A DNA stretch of 58,945 nucleotides from Eledone cirrhosa (taxonomy: Eukaryota), in NCBI GenBank assembly GCA_964016885.1, contig CAXHJY010000933.1, positions 1 to 58,945 of the forward strand, written 5' to 3'. Positions 1 to 15,730 of this stretch are shown here, piece after piece (positions within the stretch are counted from its first letter, which is position 1; each line of letters starts with the position of its first letter). Position numbers and translations under genes: made by a program. The notes below the pieces were generated by a model. The model was not told the DNA's origin and searched no databases. It saw only the letters and a list, made by a program, of their open reading frames with translations.

Positions 1-926
<926 letters not shown>

Positions 927-1185
927 CATCATCATCATCAACGTTTAACGTCCGTGTTCCACGCTTGCATGGGTTTGGACGGGGGTAGTCCCACTTGAGG
1001 CAAGAGTGATTTTCTTGCTCGCATAGGACTGTCTGGCAGGTTTTCTACAGTTGGATGCCCTTCCTAACACCAACCACATTTACAGTGTGGGGCTGGGAGG
1101 TTTTTACCGTGTTGCCTACACGGCCACATTACAGCGTGGACTGTCTGGCGGGTTTTCTACAGCTGGATGCCCTTCCTAACACCAT
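927..1185 (-). mobile_element. RTE family A 3' UTR fragment inside TA microsatellite
   Basis: (CAT)n tail, terminal AACGTCCGTGTTCCACGCTTGCATGGG and GGATGCCCTTCCTAACACCA motif; internal duplication of 1026-1072 at 1138-1183. Confidence 0.88.
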
Positions 1186-1186
1186 A

Positions 1187-1885
<699 letters not shown>

Positions 1886-1889
<4 letters not shown>

Positions 1890-2022
1890 CTATCTATCTA
1901 TCTAAGGCGGGTAAAATTCCCGAGATCCATGGACGAGTTCTCTCCAGCAGTCTCTGTCCCTCATTATCGCTGCCATATCCTGCATCTCCAACAGACCAGT
2001 GTCTGTCCTTAGGGCATCAACA
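1886..2022 (-). mobile_element. 3' tip of a different RTE-like LINE with (ATAG)n tail
   Basis: Minus strand reads [39 protein letters not shown], a typical RTE C-terminus, followed directly by ATAG repeats. Confidence 0.6.
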
Positions 2023-2099
2023 TATGTATATATACATATATATATATGTATATATATATATATGTGTATATATATATATATAAATATATATGTGTATAT

Positions 2100-2495
2100 A
2101 TAAAATATTAAACAAATAATGAATAAACAATGAAACAGTTCCTTATATTAAACAAAAAAAGTTCATTATTTAACGATCGTTTCTAGGATATATACGTGTT
2201 AGAATTGGCATGCATATTCAACAGATCTATGTACAAAATTATACAAAATTATACAAACTATCAAGATTAAATATACATACCAACACATATATACGCCGTC
2301 GTATATATGTGTTGGTATGTATATTTAATCTTGATAGTTTGTATAATTTTGTATAATTTTGTACATAGATCTGTTGAATATGCATGCCAATTCTAACACA
2401 TATATATCCTAGAAACGATCGTTAAATAATGAACTTTTTTTGTTTAATATAAGGAACTGTTTCATTGTTTATTCATTATTTGTTTAATATTTTAT
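2100..2495. repeat. Near-perfect palindrome, 196-bp arms, 4-nt spacer
   Basis: 2100-2295 is the reverse complement of 2300-2495 with one mismatch seen (near 2196); spacer CCGT. Confidence 0.95.
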
Positions 2496-2627
2496 CTTGA
2501 CTCTGTATACCGTTTATCTTTCACCGAAAGTGATTTTTCATTACATCTCTTCTTTCCATGATATCCGGAATACATCGAGTTCTTCATACGGATTGGACAC
2601 TACCGTAAACTCTTGGTAGATTTATCT

Positions 2628-4037
<1,410 letters not shown>

Positions 4038-4229
4038 ATACATATATACACACGTATATATTCTAACACACTGACACATGCAAGCACGCGGTAATCAAAC
4101 ATATTTACATACATAAACATTATGATACTTAGTTTGCCTTTAGAATCAATGTAGTGGCATAGCCTTCTGAAATCACCACAGACTATAAACAACTATAACA
4201 AAAAAGAAATATGGAAATATTTCTCTCCT

Positions 4230-4301
<72 letters not shown>

Positions 4302-7300
4302 ATATTGTGATTCCTTCCAAATTATACCCACTTTTTGGTGTGAGGATAACGAAAATGTTTCTCCTGATTAAACAAATACCTGAGATTTAGATCACCGCCA
4401 CCACAACCAGCGACAACACTACCGGCTTAAAAAAATTCTCCTATCATACCTTTTTAACGCTAAAATTTTTGTCTTGGTGGTGGTAAGGGGTTGAAATTAA
4501 ATTAAGAAAAAAACAGGAAAAAAAACGGAAGCTTGAGGAATTAAGTACTAAGCGACAGTGTACAGAAGATAATGAGTTATGACGGAACATAGTCATAAGA
4601 TAGATACGACACACACGCACACAGCGTAAGCTGCGATATAAAAATTGAAGTCATATCGCCCATAAAATAAATAAAATGGAATTAAAATTTTATAAATTAT
4701 ACATTAATCCTCTTTCCCCTCACCATTATTATTACTATCAACATCATCGAAAGCAACGTTAACAACAACAATCATAGTAATGATAATGGACATAATGATA
4801 AAGACAAATCGACCTTCGGATTAACGAATTATATATATATATATATGAATATATATTAAAAAAATATGAAATATATTCGCAAAGACCCTACATACTGCAA
4901 TCTGCCATAACTACAAACATATATACATCACCATCACACCATCAAATTAACAGAAACGGGGGGGGGGGGGACATTCGATAAATAACCTTAGCCATCTATC
5001 TAGCATATACATTGAAGAGATGAAACAATCATCAAATGGACAATGAAAATAATAATGGCAACAGAAATCATGAGGATTAAGAGGGTGGCAGCGGCGTAGA
5101 GTATATGGAACGAACATTTATATTATATACGTTATATACACACACACACACACACACACAGGCTTAGCATTGATGGTCGCGAGAATGATTACTTCAATAT
5201 CTTGAAGATATATATATATTTCATTTTAGAAATGACTTTTACATGACTTGAACTGTATCATTCGTAAGAAATCATACATATATATATATATATATAATAT
5301 ATATATATAATGTTTTATGTGTGTGTGTGTGTGTGTGGGGGTGTGTGTGTGTGTGTGTGTGTATGTACGCGTGCGCGCGCAAAAGACCGAGGACATGCAA
5401 AATTATTTCAAAAATGTCAAGTCGGAAAAGGGGAAAGAGAAAGACGACCACTGTCATATTACTAAAATTACTGCTATATTCGACTGAAACAGCGGGGCGG
5501 AGAAAAATAAGACTTAATAATACTAACAACAATAAAATCATCATCATTTCTAATACAAATTGTAGGCAGAGAGGAGCATAATCGAGTGAATCGAACCCGG
5601 AACCTCAATGGTACTACATTGTATCAAAAAGATAAAACAAATGTCGACAAAAACGGAATTTGAAATCAATAAGTAAAGGGCTTGTAACTAAAAGCTTCAA
5701 AGGTCCGACGCTGTACTGATTTTGCTAATCAACCCGCATTGATAATAATAGTGGTACTAGTAATAATGGTGATAATTTCTTTATTGTAATCACTATTTTA
5801 AAGGCACAAGACCTAACATCTGGGAAAGGAGAGACACAGTACTAGACTGGTCGTTATTTTATCGACTATGGAAGGGTTAAGAAGAGAAAATTTACCTAGA
5901 GAGGGATTTGAATTCAGAACGTATAAGGACGTAACTAAATACTGTAAGACATTTAGCATGTCACTCTACCGCTTCTGCCAATCCACTTGCCTTACGACTA
6001 CTCATAATAATAGTGGCATTTGATTCTCCTATATGGTCACAAAGTTGATGATCAGAATGTGCTCAGAGTCTACCCGTAAACCAATAAAAGTATAAGAATG
6101 GGAAGGAAAAGACAAGATAAATCAAACAAAAAATCAGAATGTTTGAACATGAAACGTTCGGAAGATTAACAGAATGTACATGTATTTATATATTTAACTG
6201 ACATTTGCTTTCGAGGGTGACAGAACAGTTTCGTTTTATCTATTTATCTCATCCACATCAATGAAGTAAAATCTTTACATCAAAACAGAATATAAGCTTC
6301 TACATGGTCGCTCGATATGCTAGAAACAGCAACCAAATTTCCATTATTTTACACCCTACTCTTCTACAAAAATTGAAGGGCTCGTTGCTTGATATATTCT
6401 ATCAGGTAAAAAATGATTAGATGGCCACACAGAGAATACTTTGAATAAAAGATATTTAATCAAAGCTGACATGGACTAAACGACGCATGAAGGGAGGGGA
6501 TAAAAAAAAAATCAGCCGACCACTAAAGCCAGCGATAGAACCTATGATCGTTCGGCCTGCTACCGACAAGTCAAATCTCCATCAAATCACATAAAAAAGT
6601 AAAATAAATTGAATAATGTAGTTCACGAAAATGGAATCGGAGATAGGATGGTCACGGTTGGAACTTCTTTGATCATCATAGGTCTGCTTGACCTGGGGCT
6701 GAACAACAAGAATCACTATACTACTACATCTCTAAATGTATCCGCTACCCCAACTACATAGATGAGCGAGAAAAGCAAATGGGTGGGTACACGCCCTCGT
6801 TACTTAAATAATCTGGGTTCGTTTCAGCCAACATACTTAAGGCCATATTAGAGTACAACACTAAGATAATTTTGCTTGGTAACACACACGCAAATATATA
6901 TATATTTGCGTGTTATATATATATATATATACACACGGACATATATGTGTGTGTGTGACGTGTTTAAGATAATTTCAGTTTCAAACAAATTCTAAAGCCA
7001 ATTATTTTTTCCTTTATGAAAAGATCTGAATTTCGTTGAATATGTTTCATGAAAAAAGTAGGCATTCTGCGTCTCTGTGTAGCAAGCTGGACAAAAACTT
7101 AACGTCAACATATGCAGAAGAAGCTAATCCATCTTTCTATCCATCTCTCTCTGCCGGAAGTTGTTGACTGTGGACATCTGACAAGGAGGATATTATTTTA
7201 ATATATTTTATATAGAAGGAATGTTGAGCGAATAGAACAACAAAACACAGAGAAACCAAACAAGAAAAACTATATAAAACTTCATTTCCGTCAATTTTAA

Positions 7301-7406
7301 AAGAATTGGTTTGAGAAAAACGATATAAATGAAAGTAAACGGGTGTGTTAGAGTCATGTGGTGTGGTATGTGCTGAAATCTTCCTTTGGATTGTACTAAA
7401 TTCTAG

Positions 7407-7453
<47 letters not shown>

Positions 7454-7767
7454 CATGTGTGTGTGATGGTTAGAACGATAGACAGATATGTCTTCACAGA
7501 TTTCTTTCAGTGTTTGGTGTTTGTGAAATGAGAAATAGACAGACAGGCACAAATAGACAGAGAGATACATCAATATAGTTAAGATAGCTTACACTATAGC
7601 CCACGCCGTATATATTTGTGAAGAGGAAGAATTAAAAAGTAAAAAAAATTGATAGATAGATAGAGACAGACACCCGCGCTTCTCACGAAAAGAGAATTCT
7701 CTCAAATCGATTGCGACATAGATAACTCATTCGGATGTGTTAGTTTTAGTTAGCTAGAACTACTTAC

Positions 7768-7874
7768 CTCCTTCGATTATAGTTAAAAGATGCGACATGA
7801 AACTCCTTTAGAACCTTTCACATGCTTTCTACAGACTCTAATCCCATTTCCATCAAGATTCTCAAAATGGCGAC
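7768..7874 (-). other. Putative first exon of a divergently transcribed gene (possible coding start MSHLLTIIEG, ATG at 7798)
   Basis: Perfect minus-strand donor GAG|GTAAGT (GT at 7767-7766). A YY1-type motif GCCATTTTG lies at its 5' end. Unique sequence about 270 bp upstream of the CDC40 ATG. Confidence 0.45.
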
Positions 7875-8142
7875 ATAATATCCAATCAAGCTGCTTGCAT
7901 TTACTGCCAACATAATTATACTTCACTTTATCATTTACATACTTTATTTATTTTAACGACACTCACAAAAAAATAGTTGAAAAAATAAATAATAACCTAA
8001 TCCGCAAGCTGTAATTTTTTAAATCAGTTTTCGTATTTTCGATAGATATTTTTCTTTTTTTTTATAAGGGTAATGTAAGTTGTGTAATATCAACCAATCA
8101 GATACAAGTATTGAAAATTTCTGCTGCATTATTATAGCAGAA
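7860..8142. promoter_or_regulatory. Candidate bidirectional promoter / CDC40 5' region
   Basis: CAAAATGGCG (YY1-like) at 7863-7872 and CCAAT boxes near 7882 and 8094, lying between two oppositely oriented first exons. Confidence 0.4.
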
Positions 8143-8307
8143 ATGTCGTCGATGTTGTCATTACAGCAGTATGCGAGTAGTTCGGAGGATTCTAACAAGT
8201 CAAACTCTGACGATGAAGATAGGAGAATTCACTTGAAAGCAGTTGACAAGAGCAATTCTTTATCTTCAAAAATTGCTATTGTTGCAGCCCCTGATGTTGT
8301 TTCGAAG
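8143..8307 (+). CDS. CDC40: CDC40/PRP17 pre-mRNA-processing factor 17, first coding exon (55 codons, phase 0)
   Basis: MSSMLSLQQYASSSEDSNKSNSDDED...HLK...IAIVAAPDVVSK resembles the CDC40 N-terminus as I recall it (human ...MHLTK...LAVAVDSAPEVAVK). It ends at AAG|GTAACT (GT at 8308) and splices in frame to the exon at 58549. Confidence 0.85.
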
Positions 8308-8869
8308 GTAACTTGATTAGTAACAATAATAATGTATCTTTTCCCAAGCCATGTGCTTCTCGTTGTAACTATTCTCTATCTGCCTTTTACACAAACTTTT
8401 TTGTTTACAAGATCATTTTACCTGCATCGATGCGTCCTCACTTTTTGATGTACGATATTCTAGCATTAGATCGAAGAAACTCTTCGGTCCCGTCAAATAT
8501 AAATTGACCTCTCATGTGCTGATGCACCCAAAATACTCTGCCAAAAAAAGTAGTAAAGACGACTCTTCAGTCGCGTCAAAGACGAGATAACCTTTGGTGT
8601 TAGCGCTAAGATAAAATGCACTGAATACACTCTCCAAAGTGGTTGGTATTAGGATGGGCATCCAACCGTAGCAACCATGTCAAAATGGAATGTATTTTTA
8701 ATTGATTCCTCTCTCCAACGTAATTTTATCTCGGTGTCACTAACCACTGCAACTTAGACAATTTCTGCCACACTGTTATTCAGTGAAATCTAATATTACT
8801 TCCTGTTTATATAAACTAGTGGAACCTGTGAGAATTCCACAGTTGTCAACTTTCTTCCTCTTTAGTTCC

Positions 8870-9790
8870 TTGTGATCCCTATAGAGCATTCGGCAACAAG
8901 GAATCTCCTTTTTGCACGGTTGCAAGCTTTGTCAGGTCATGAGAAGTTTACTTGTTTCCTAGGTGCTCCTTCTGGCTTCCCTTGAATGGAAGCCTTCACT
9001 GGTCTCTTTATGAGCATTCATAGCACATAGCCAAGCGTCTTCCACCATTGTACAGTGATGATATTTTACAGATTACTCAGCTGGGCCCTTACCATGACTT
9101 TCTCATTTGTGATGTGGTCACACCAAGAAATCTCTAGGCAACAACTATAGAAGACATTTGTAGTTCTGTAGATTTTTACAGGTGTTTTTTTCTGTGTCTC
9201 GCGAACACATATCACCATTGGCAAAATGATTGATGTATTCAGGTGGAGCTATGTGCCTTGGTTAATGAAGGAGTTGAACTGTATAGACTGCAGGTGTTAA
9301 AAGACAGCTGCAGCTTTAGAGAGTCTCTTTTCCACATCAGTTCTTCACTTGCCATTTTAACAGGGATGTGAAGGTGTCAGCAGTCTCCAGATTCTGGCCC
9401 TCCAGCTGGACTGGTAGCTGTTGTACCTCCCCAATAAGCATCACTTTTGTATTTTCACTGCTGATCTTAAGACAAACCTTCGAGCTACTGTTACTAAGAT
9501 TGGTGGTAATTTCTTGCATCATAGTAGATGTAGTACTAAGAAATCCCAAATCATTGTGGAAGTCAAGGTCTGTCTCTTCCTTGTCCCTATTTGAGGCCAT
9601 ATGCTGCATCCTCACATGGACTTCCTCATGATGAAATCTACCACCAGCAAAAACAAAAAAAGGTGACAGTACACATCCCTGATGCATTCCTATGACATCA
9701 TCAAAACTCTGTATTTCCATCTTTGGCTCTGATGCAGCAGTCCATCCTCCAATAAAGGGATTGCACGATGTTATTGTTGCAAGTAGGCAC
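8870..9790 (-). mobile_element. Old RTE (BovB-like) RT remnant
   Basis: GMHQGCVLSPFF, DLDFHNDLGFLS and LKISSENTKVM are degenerate RT motifs. Confidence 0.7.
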
Positions 9791-9796
9791 TCAATA

Positions 9797-11260
9797 CATC
9801 ATCATCATCATCGTTTAACATCTATCTTCCACGCTAGCATGGGTTAGAGATGTTTGTCCCATTTAGAGACAAGTTGGCTTGGGTGACCGTGTCTCACTCA
9901 TATAGGGCTGTTTCTGGCTGCTTTTCTATGGCTGAATGCCCTTCCTAATGCCAACCACATTTACAGTGTGTGCTGGGTGCTTTTGTTGTGCCTTTACGCG
10001 ACCACTTTACAGTGTGGGCTGGATGTTTTGTGGTACCAACATAACATACACATATATATTTGTGTGTATATACATATATCATCATCACCTCGGCCTTACG
10101 TCCATTTTCCATGCTAGCATGGGTGAGACAGGTTGTCCTGTTGTGGGCAATGTTAGGTCAGGTGACCATGTCTTGCTCATATAGGACTGATTCTGACTTG
10201 GTTTCTACAGCTGGATGCTCTTCTTACTGCCAACCCCATTTACAGTGAGTACTGGGTGCTTTTTGTTGTGACACCTACACAACCACTTTACAGTGGGCTG
10301 GGCACTTTTTGCCATGTCACCATCACGACCATTTTACAGTGTTGGCTGGGGGCTTCACTGGATGCATTTACTTTGGCCTGTTCTCATGGGGGGGTGTGGG
10401 AGGGGGGGTTGGAGTATACTGTGTATATGCTTTGGCTTGTGCTTGTAGGAAGTCAAGTCTTCTGTATTACAGCATATCGCCAGAGATCTCGGTTATGTGC
10501 CGTCGCCTTTGAGAGGTGCAATTGGGCATGGTCAGCTTTTATCACCTCATCCCAAGTTTTCCTTTGTCCGCCCACTCCAAGGAGTCCATCGACTTTGAGT
10601 GCTCTGCACTTTTTTATGCAGCTGTCATCCTTCATACGCATCATATATCCATACCAACGCAATCTCCTCTCCTGCACACAGCATTTGATTCCTTTTATGC
10701 GTAGTTTCTCTCTCAGTTCATTTATGCTTCGCCGTTCTCGTATGTTACTATTACACATCCATCGGAGCATGCAAACTTCATTTCTTTCCAATCTACGTAA
10801 GTCTTCTGCACACAGTGCCCAGGTCTCACTGCCATGCAACATAGCTGTTCGTATGCACGCATCATACAGTCTGCCTTTCATTCTGAGGGAGAAGCCTTTT
10901 GTAGCTCCCTGAACTTCCTCCATCCCGTTCTTACTCTGGCTACAGTTCTTTCAGAACACCCACCTCCGCTGCTAATTCGTTCACATAAGTAGCAGAAAGA
11001 AGCTGTCTACTGTTTTTACAGAGCCCTTACAGAATTTGGTAGCGCTTGTTTCCTGCAGTCGTTTGCTGCTTACTGTTCCAGTGCAACTGCTACATATGAA
11101 GCCTACATTCTTAGCTAAACTTCCTGAGATCCCACTACATCTCTTGTGTACCCATAGTTTGCATATGGGGCAGAGGATGCAGTTTTTACCTACATCTTTC
11201 CAACATACTGAACAAGGCCATTTTTCCGAGGGGATCTGGGTTCTGTTTACTCTTCTTCAA
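9797..11260 (-). mobile_element. Two stacked RTE 3' fragments (9797-10042 and 10078-11260)
   Basis: Two (CAT)n tails; ORF 10453-10923 (KGRLYDACIRTAMLHGSETW); finger remnant near 11085-11230. Confidence 0.85.
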
Positions 11261-11726
11261 CGTGATGATTTTCCATAGAGACTTGCTGTGTACACTGTCA
11301 AAGGCCTTCTTGAAGTCAATAAAGTTTACCAAAAGCAGCTGCTGGAACTAAGACATAATAATTAATTTAACACCAATTTGAACAATCACTCAATTTTGTT
11401 GAAGTAATTTATTACCTGTGGATGGATAGGTGAGAATGAAAACGGTTTAAATTTATTTTGTTCCAGCACTTGATATTACAATCGCTACACTGCTATCATC
11501 ATCTTTTAATGTCTGCTTTTCCATGCTTTCATGGGTTGGATCGGTCTTTTCTAGCACAGACACCTTCCAGTTGATGCGTTCCTTTGTCGTCTCTTCTGAA
11601 GGTTCAGCATTTTGAAATCCACTCTCACCACCTCTGCCAAGTCTTCGTTGGTCTTCCTCTACCAGGGGTGGTGGAATTGGCATTCCCCCTCCCCCCCAAT
11701 AATTATATTTTTCTCTCATCTATTTG

Positions 11727-12382
11727 TATCATCATCATCATCAATCACCGTTTTACGGGTTAGACGGGTTGTCCTGTTGTGGGCAGTGTCTGGTCGGCTG
11801 ACCATGCCTTGCTCATACAGGAACTGATTTGGGTTGATTTCTACAGCTGGATGCCCTTCCTAACACCAACCTCATTTACAGTGAGTGTTGGGTGCTTTTT
11901 CGTGGCGCCTACACGTCCACTTTACAGTGTGGGCTGGGTGCTTTTTTGCAGTGGGAGGGTGTGGGGGCATATTGTCTATATGCTTCAGCATGTACCCATG
12001 GGAGGTTGGGTACTCTGTATTACTGCGTGACGCCAGTGGTCACGGTCGTGTGTCATCGCCTTTGAGAGGTGTAATTGGGTAAGGTCGGCTTTTATCACCT
12101 CATCCCAAGTCATCTTGGGTCTCCCCACTCAGTGATTTCCATCGACTTCTAGTGCTCTGCACCTTTTTATGCAGCTGTCATTCTTCATACGCATCACATG
12201 TCCATACCAACGCATCCGCCTCTCCTGCACACAGCATTTGATTCCTCTTATGCTCAGTCTCTCTCTCAATTCATTTATGCTGTGTCGTTCGCGTATATTA
12301 CTATTACACATCCATCGGAGCATGCAGGCTTTGTTTCTCTCTAATCTACGTAAGTCTTCCACCTTCAGCGCCCAGGTCTCAC
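11727..12382 (-). mobile_element. 5'-truncated RTE (young subfamily A1)
   Basis: (CAT)n tail and ETWALKVEDLRRLERN; near-identical to 30051-30914. Confidence 0.88.
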
Positions 12383-12559
12383 ATTGTATATGCACTACAA
12401 TTGTATATGCACTACAATTCATGTACATGTTATGTTTATCACATATCAAAGTTTTCTGGCCAGTTTAACGTGCAAAGAGCTAAAATAATCATTACAACCA
12501 AATTGACCATTTTTACCCCCTCACTCCACCCCCCAATTCGGAAATGCTTCCACCGCCCC

Positions 12560-13330
12560 TGACTACAGCAGCTCCCTTCCATTTGGAACTTCTTCAACCA
12601 ACGATCACCATCCATATGCATCACTTGTCCATACCAGTACAGTCTTCTCTCATACACACTATATTTGATTCTTCTTATACCTAGTTTCTATCAGCTCAAC
12701 CATGTTTCACCATTCATGCACATTAATATCGTCCATCCATCAGAGCATACTCGCTTAATTTCTCTCCAGGTTTTGCATAAAATCTCCATTTACTACCCAT
12801 ATTTCAGTCTCATGCAATATCACACTTCACACACAGCCATTATACAGCTGGCCTTTTAATCATATGGAGAAACCTTTTGTTGTCAACAAATGTAATAGCT
12901 CCTTGAACTTTTTCCAGTTTGTTCTTATTCTAGTTACTATACTTTCAGAGCAATCTCCTCCACTGCTAATTCAGTTACCTAGGCAACAGAACTATCAACT
13001 ACTTCTATGTAGAAAGTTTATTACACTGGGGCTCTTACTACTAACTACCTCTGTGCATCTCCTTCATACAAAAACTACCTTTTCTGTTAGTCTGCCTACA
13101 ATACTACTACACCTTTTGTGTACCCATACTCTCCCTAGTGTATATCATGTAGAGTCCCTACCTACTCTTTTCCTAAATATTGAGCATGGCTACTTCTGTG
13201 ATGGGACCAGTGTCCTGTCTTCTTTTCTACTTACTTTGGTCTTTGCTAAATTTACTCTGCACCCTTTTGATTCTGTTTCAACAGTAGAAATTTCTTCTGA
13301 AGTTCTTCCACAGAGTCAGCAATAAGAACC
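12560..13330 (-). mobile_element. Older degenerate RTE RT fragment
   Basis: ERRLYWYGQVMHMD plus recognisable homology to the finger region. Confidence 0.7.
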
Positions 13331-15730
13331 CCTTCCTATCACCAACCACCTTACAGTATGTACTGGGACCATTTTTTGCAGCATCAGCACTAGAGGTTTT
13401 CATGTCATAACTGGGGGTGGGGGGGTCCTCTCAACCCTTTTCGGCAGGGTTTTGTCCATAAATGAAAGAGAAAGTTTACTCTGGCAGGATTTGAACTCAG
13501 AACCAAAAGAGATGTAGCTATATAATCTAAGAGTTTGTTTTTGATTTTGCTCCTTACACCATAGCAATTCTACCATTCACTGCCCTCCTCAATGTTAATA
13601 TTTATTTATTATAATTTAATGCCTATATTCACTGCTCTTGTTTTCCTCCCATAAGCAATACATTCTTCATAAGCCCTTGTGACCTTTATGTAAAGAGAGA
13701 GAGTGCGTTTGTTACCTACAAAATCAGCAGTTTCACTTAATATTTCCAACATAAAATGAATATAAGTTTAGAAAACATGTTTTATATTTTTTTTTTCATT
13801 TCTAACTACCTCTTTTGTAATTAAATTGAAAACAAGTTAAGCTGCTGTGAATCAAATTTTTTTGGACAGTTGTTAATATGTATTCAGAGAATGAACAATC
13901 ATCACTGTGTACTTCAGCTGTTTACAGAATTTTTGTTTACAAAAGATCGTTTATCCACCAACACTAATTAAAGGCCACAGTCAGTGGAGTTTCTTGAAGT
14001 TATTATGTAAATTCCTGTAAACTCAGACAATAATTTCTACTGTTGTTGTCAATCAATATTAAACCTACCAAGTATGGGGAATTGTCATAAATAATGGTGG
14101 GATAAATACTTTCCAATTTAGTCTTATTGCTATATTTACATCAGTTTGAATTATACCAAGGACAACTTTGTCTTTCACTTTTCTGCTATGATGCGGCTTC
14201 ATTAAATGCTACTACTATTACTGATAATATATATATAATTAAGACTGTTGTTAGCCTTACAAATAATAATCCTACAGTCAACCCTACCCACCATACACCA
14301 GTCCTCCCAGTAAAACAACAATCAACCTACTCCAATATATATATATGTGTGTGTGAAAGTGTGTCTGATAAATAATGGTTTTCGGAAGAGATCACAGTTA
14401 AACAAGGTACTCACTAGATTAAGTAGAGAAGATACATATTTATTTCAGATAGTAATGATTTATACAAGATTAAAACTGCTTCATTTGTTTGAAATCATCA
14501 ATGACTCCAAATGGATGATGCAGTAATACAGTGTAGAAGTCATTTTTAATTACATATATATATTACTGTTTAGTTGGGGATGGAAGAGCAGTAGCCTTGA
14601 CCCTTTTTAGGTCTTCCAAGAGTTGTGGGAGGCAGAAATGAAGGTATCCTTAAATCAGAGACCTGATCCGAATATTTGCAATAGAGTGGTTTCCTCTAAA
14701 GGCATTCAAACCTCAGGTATTAAAGTGAGCAATGGATTAAATTAGCAACAGCAGGATTTGAATGCAGGACCCAAAGTGATAGTAAAAAAGTAGCCAACTC
14801 TCTAACAATTCAGCTAATCCACTGTCCTCAATTGCTATTTTATTTTATCAACCTCGAAAATATGGAAGAATTTGAACTCAGAGCTGGAACAATTACATTG
14901 CCGAATGCTTTAACAACTCAATTTGCTTTGTCATTTTAGTTATCTTTTAATACTTCCATCTTTATCATGAGCCAGCAGAAAAGAGAGATTTGGCTGGTAT
15001 TTCTTGCAGATCGAGTCTCCTCTGCTGATGAGAGTAAGCTTATAAAGTGAAGCACATACAATACACACCAAGTCAATACTGATTGAGCAGATCTATGATT
15101 AAATACATTCCAACCCTAACCATCACATTTTTTAAGGCATAGAGTGTCTTGGACACTATCCAGTATATGCATCTAGTACACTCTGTAATGTGGTTGGCAT
15201 TAGGAAGGGCATCCAGCCATAGAAACTACATTAAATATGAAGCGTAATAATCAAAACAGGTTTCTCTGACCAGTCTAGTTTTGGACTGTAACAATCCATG
15301 CCAACATGGAAAGCAGACATAATATGATTATATGTTCGGGGAGGTTATTGAATGCTTAATTATCTATACAAGAAGGTATGCAAATGTCTTATTGAACTTG
15401 TCTACATTTAGGAAAAGAAAGGCTTCCCCCTTCAATCATAGCTGGGCATGGATTATGCTCCCATGACTGAATGACCATGGGTTTGTCTCCCATGCAAGTT
15501 TTCCCACAACACCAATGTTGTCCAAGGGCAAAGATAAAGGCCTCTACAACATTGCACCAATGTCATCACAATTCAATTTTTCTAACTGAATAGACTGGTG
15601 TAATGGTAAATAAAATGTTTTGCTCAAGAACACAATACACTGCCCATTCTGGAAATCAAAATCACAACCTTATGATCATGAGCCCTGCACCCTAACAACT
15701 AAGCTATACATTTTCATTTAACAACTACAG

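Noticed and set aside
2577-2615. Hairpin GAGTT-CTTCA-TACGG...CCGTA-AACTC with hammerhead-like layout
   Set aside because: The conserved CUGANGA/GAAA nucleotides are absent.
4375-4450. Possible minus-strand exon ending CAG|GTATTT
   Set aside because: No convincing acceptor or recognisable peptide.
8080-8142. TTG-initiated N-terminal extension of the CDC40 ORF
   Set aside because: Similarity starts at ATG 8143; non-ATG starts in the ORF track are not credible for a eukaryote.
11779-12082. Recurrent short ORFs (MGSVWSADHALL..., [11 protein letters not shown]...) at several loci
   Set aside because: Antisense translations of the repeated LINE 3' UTR, not a gene family.
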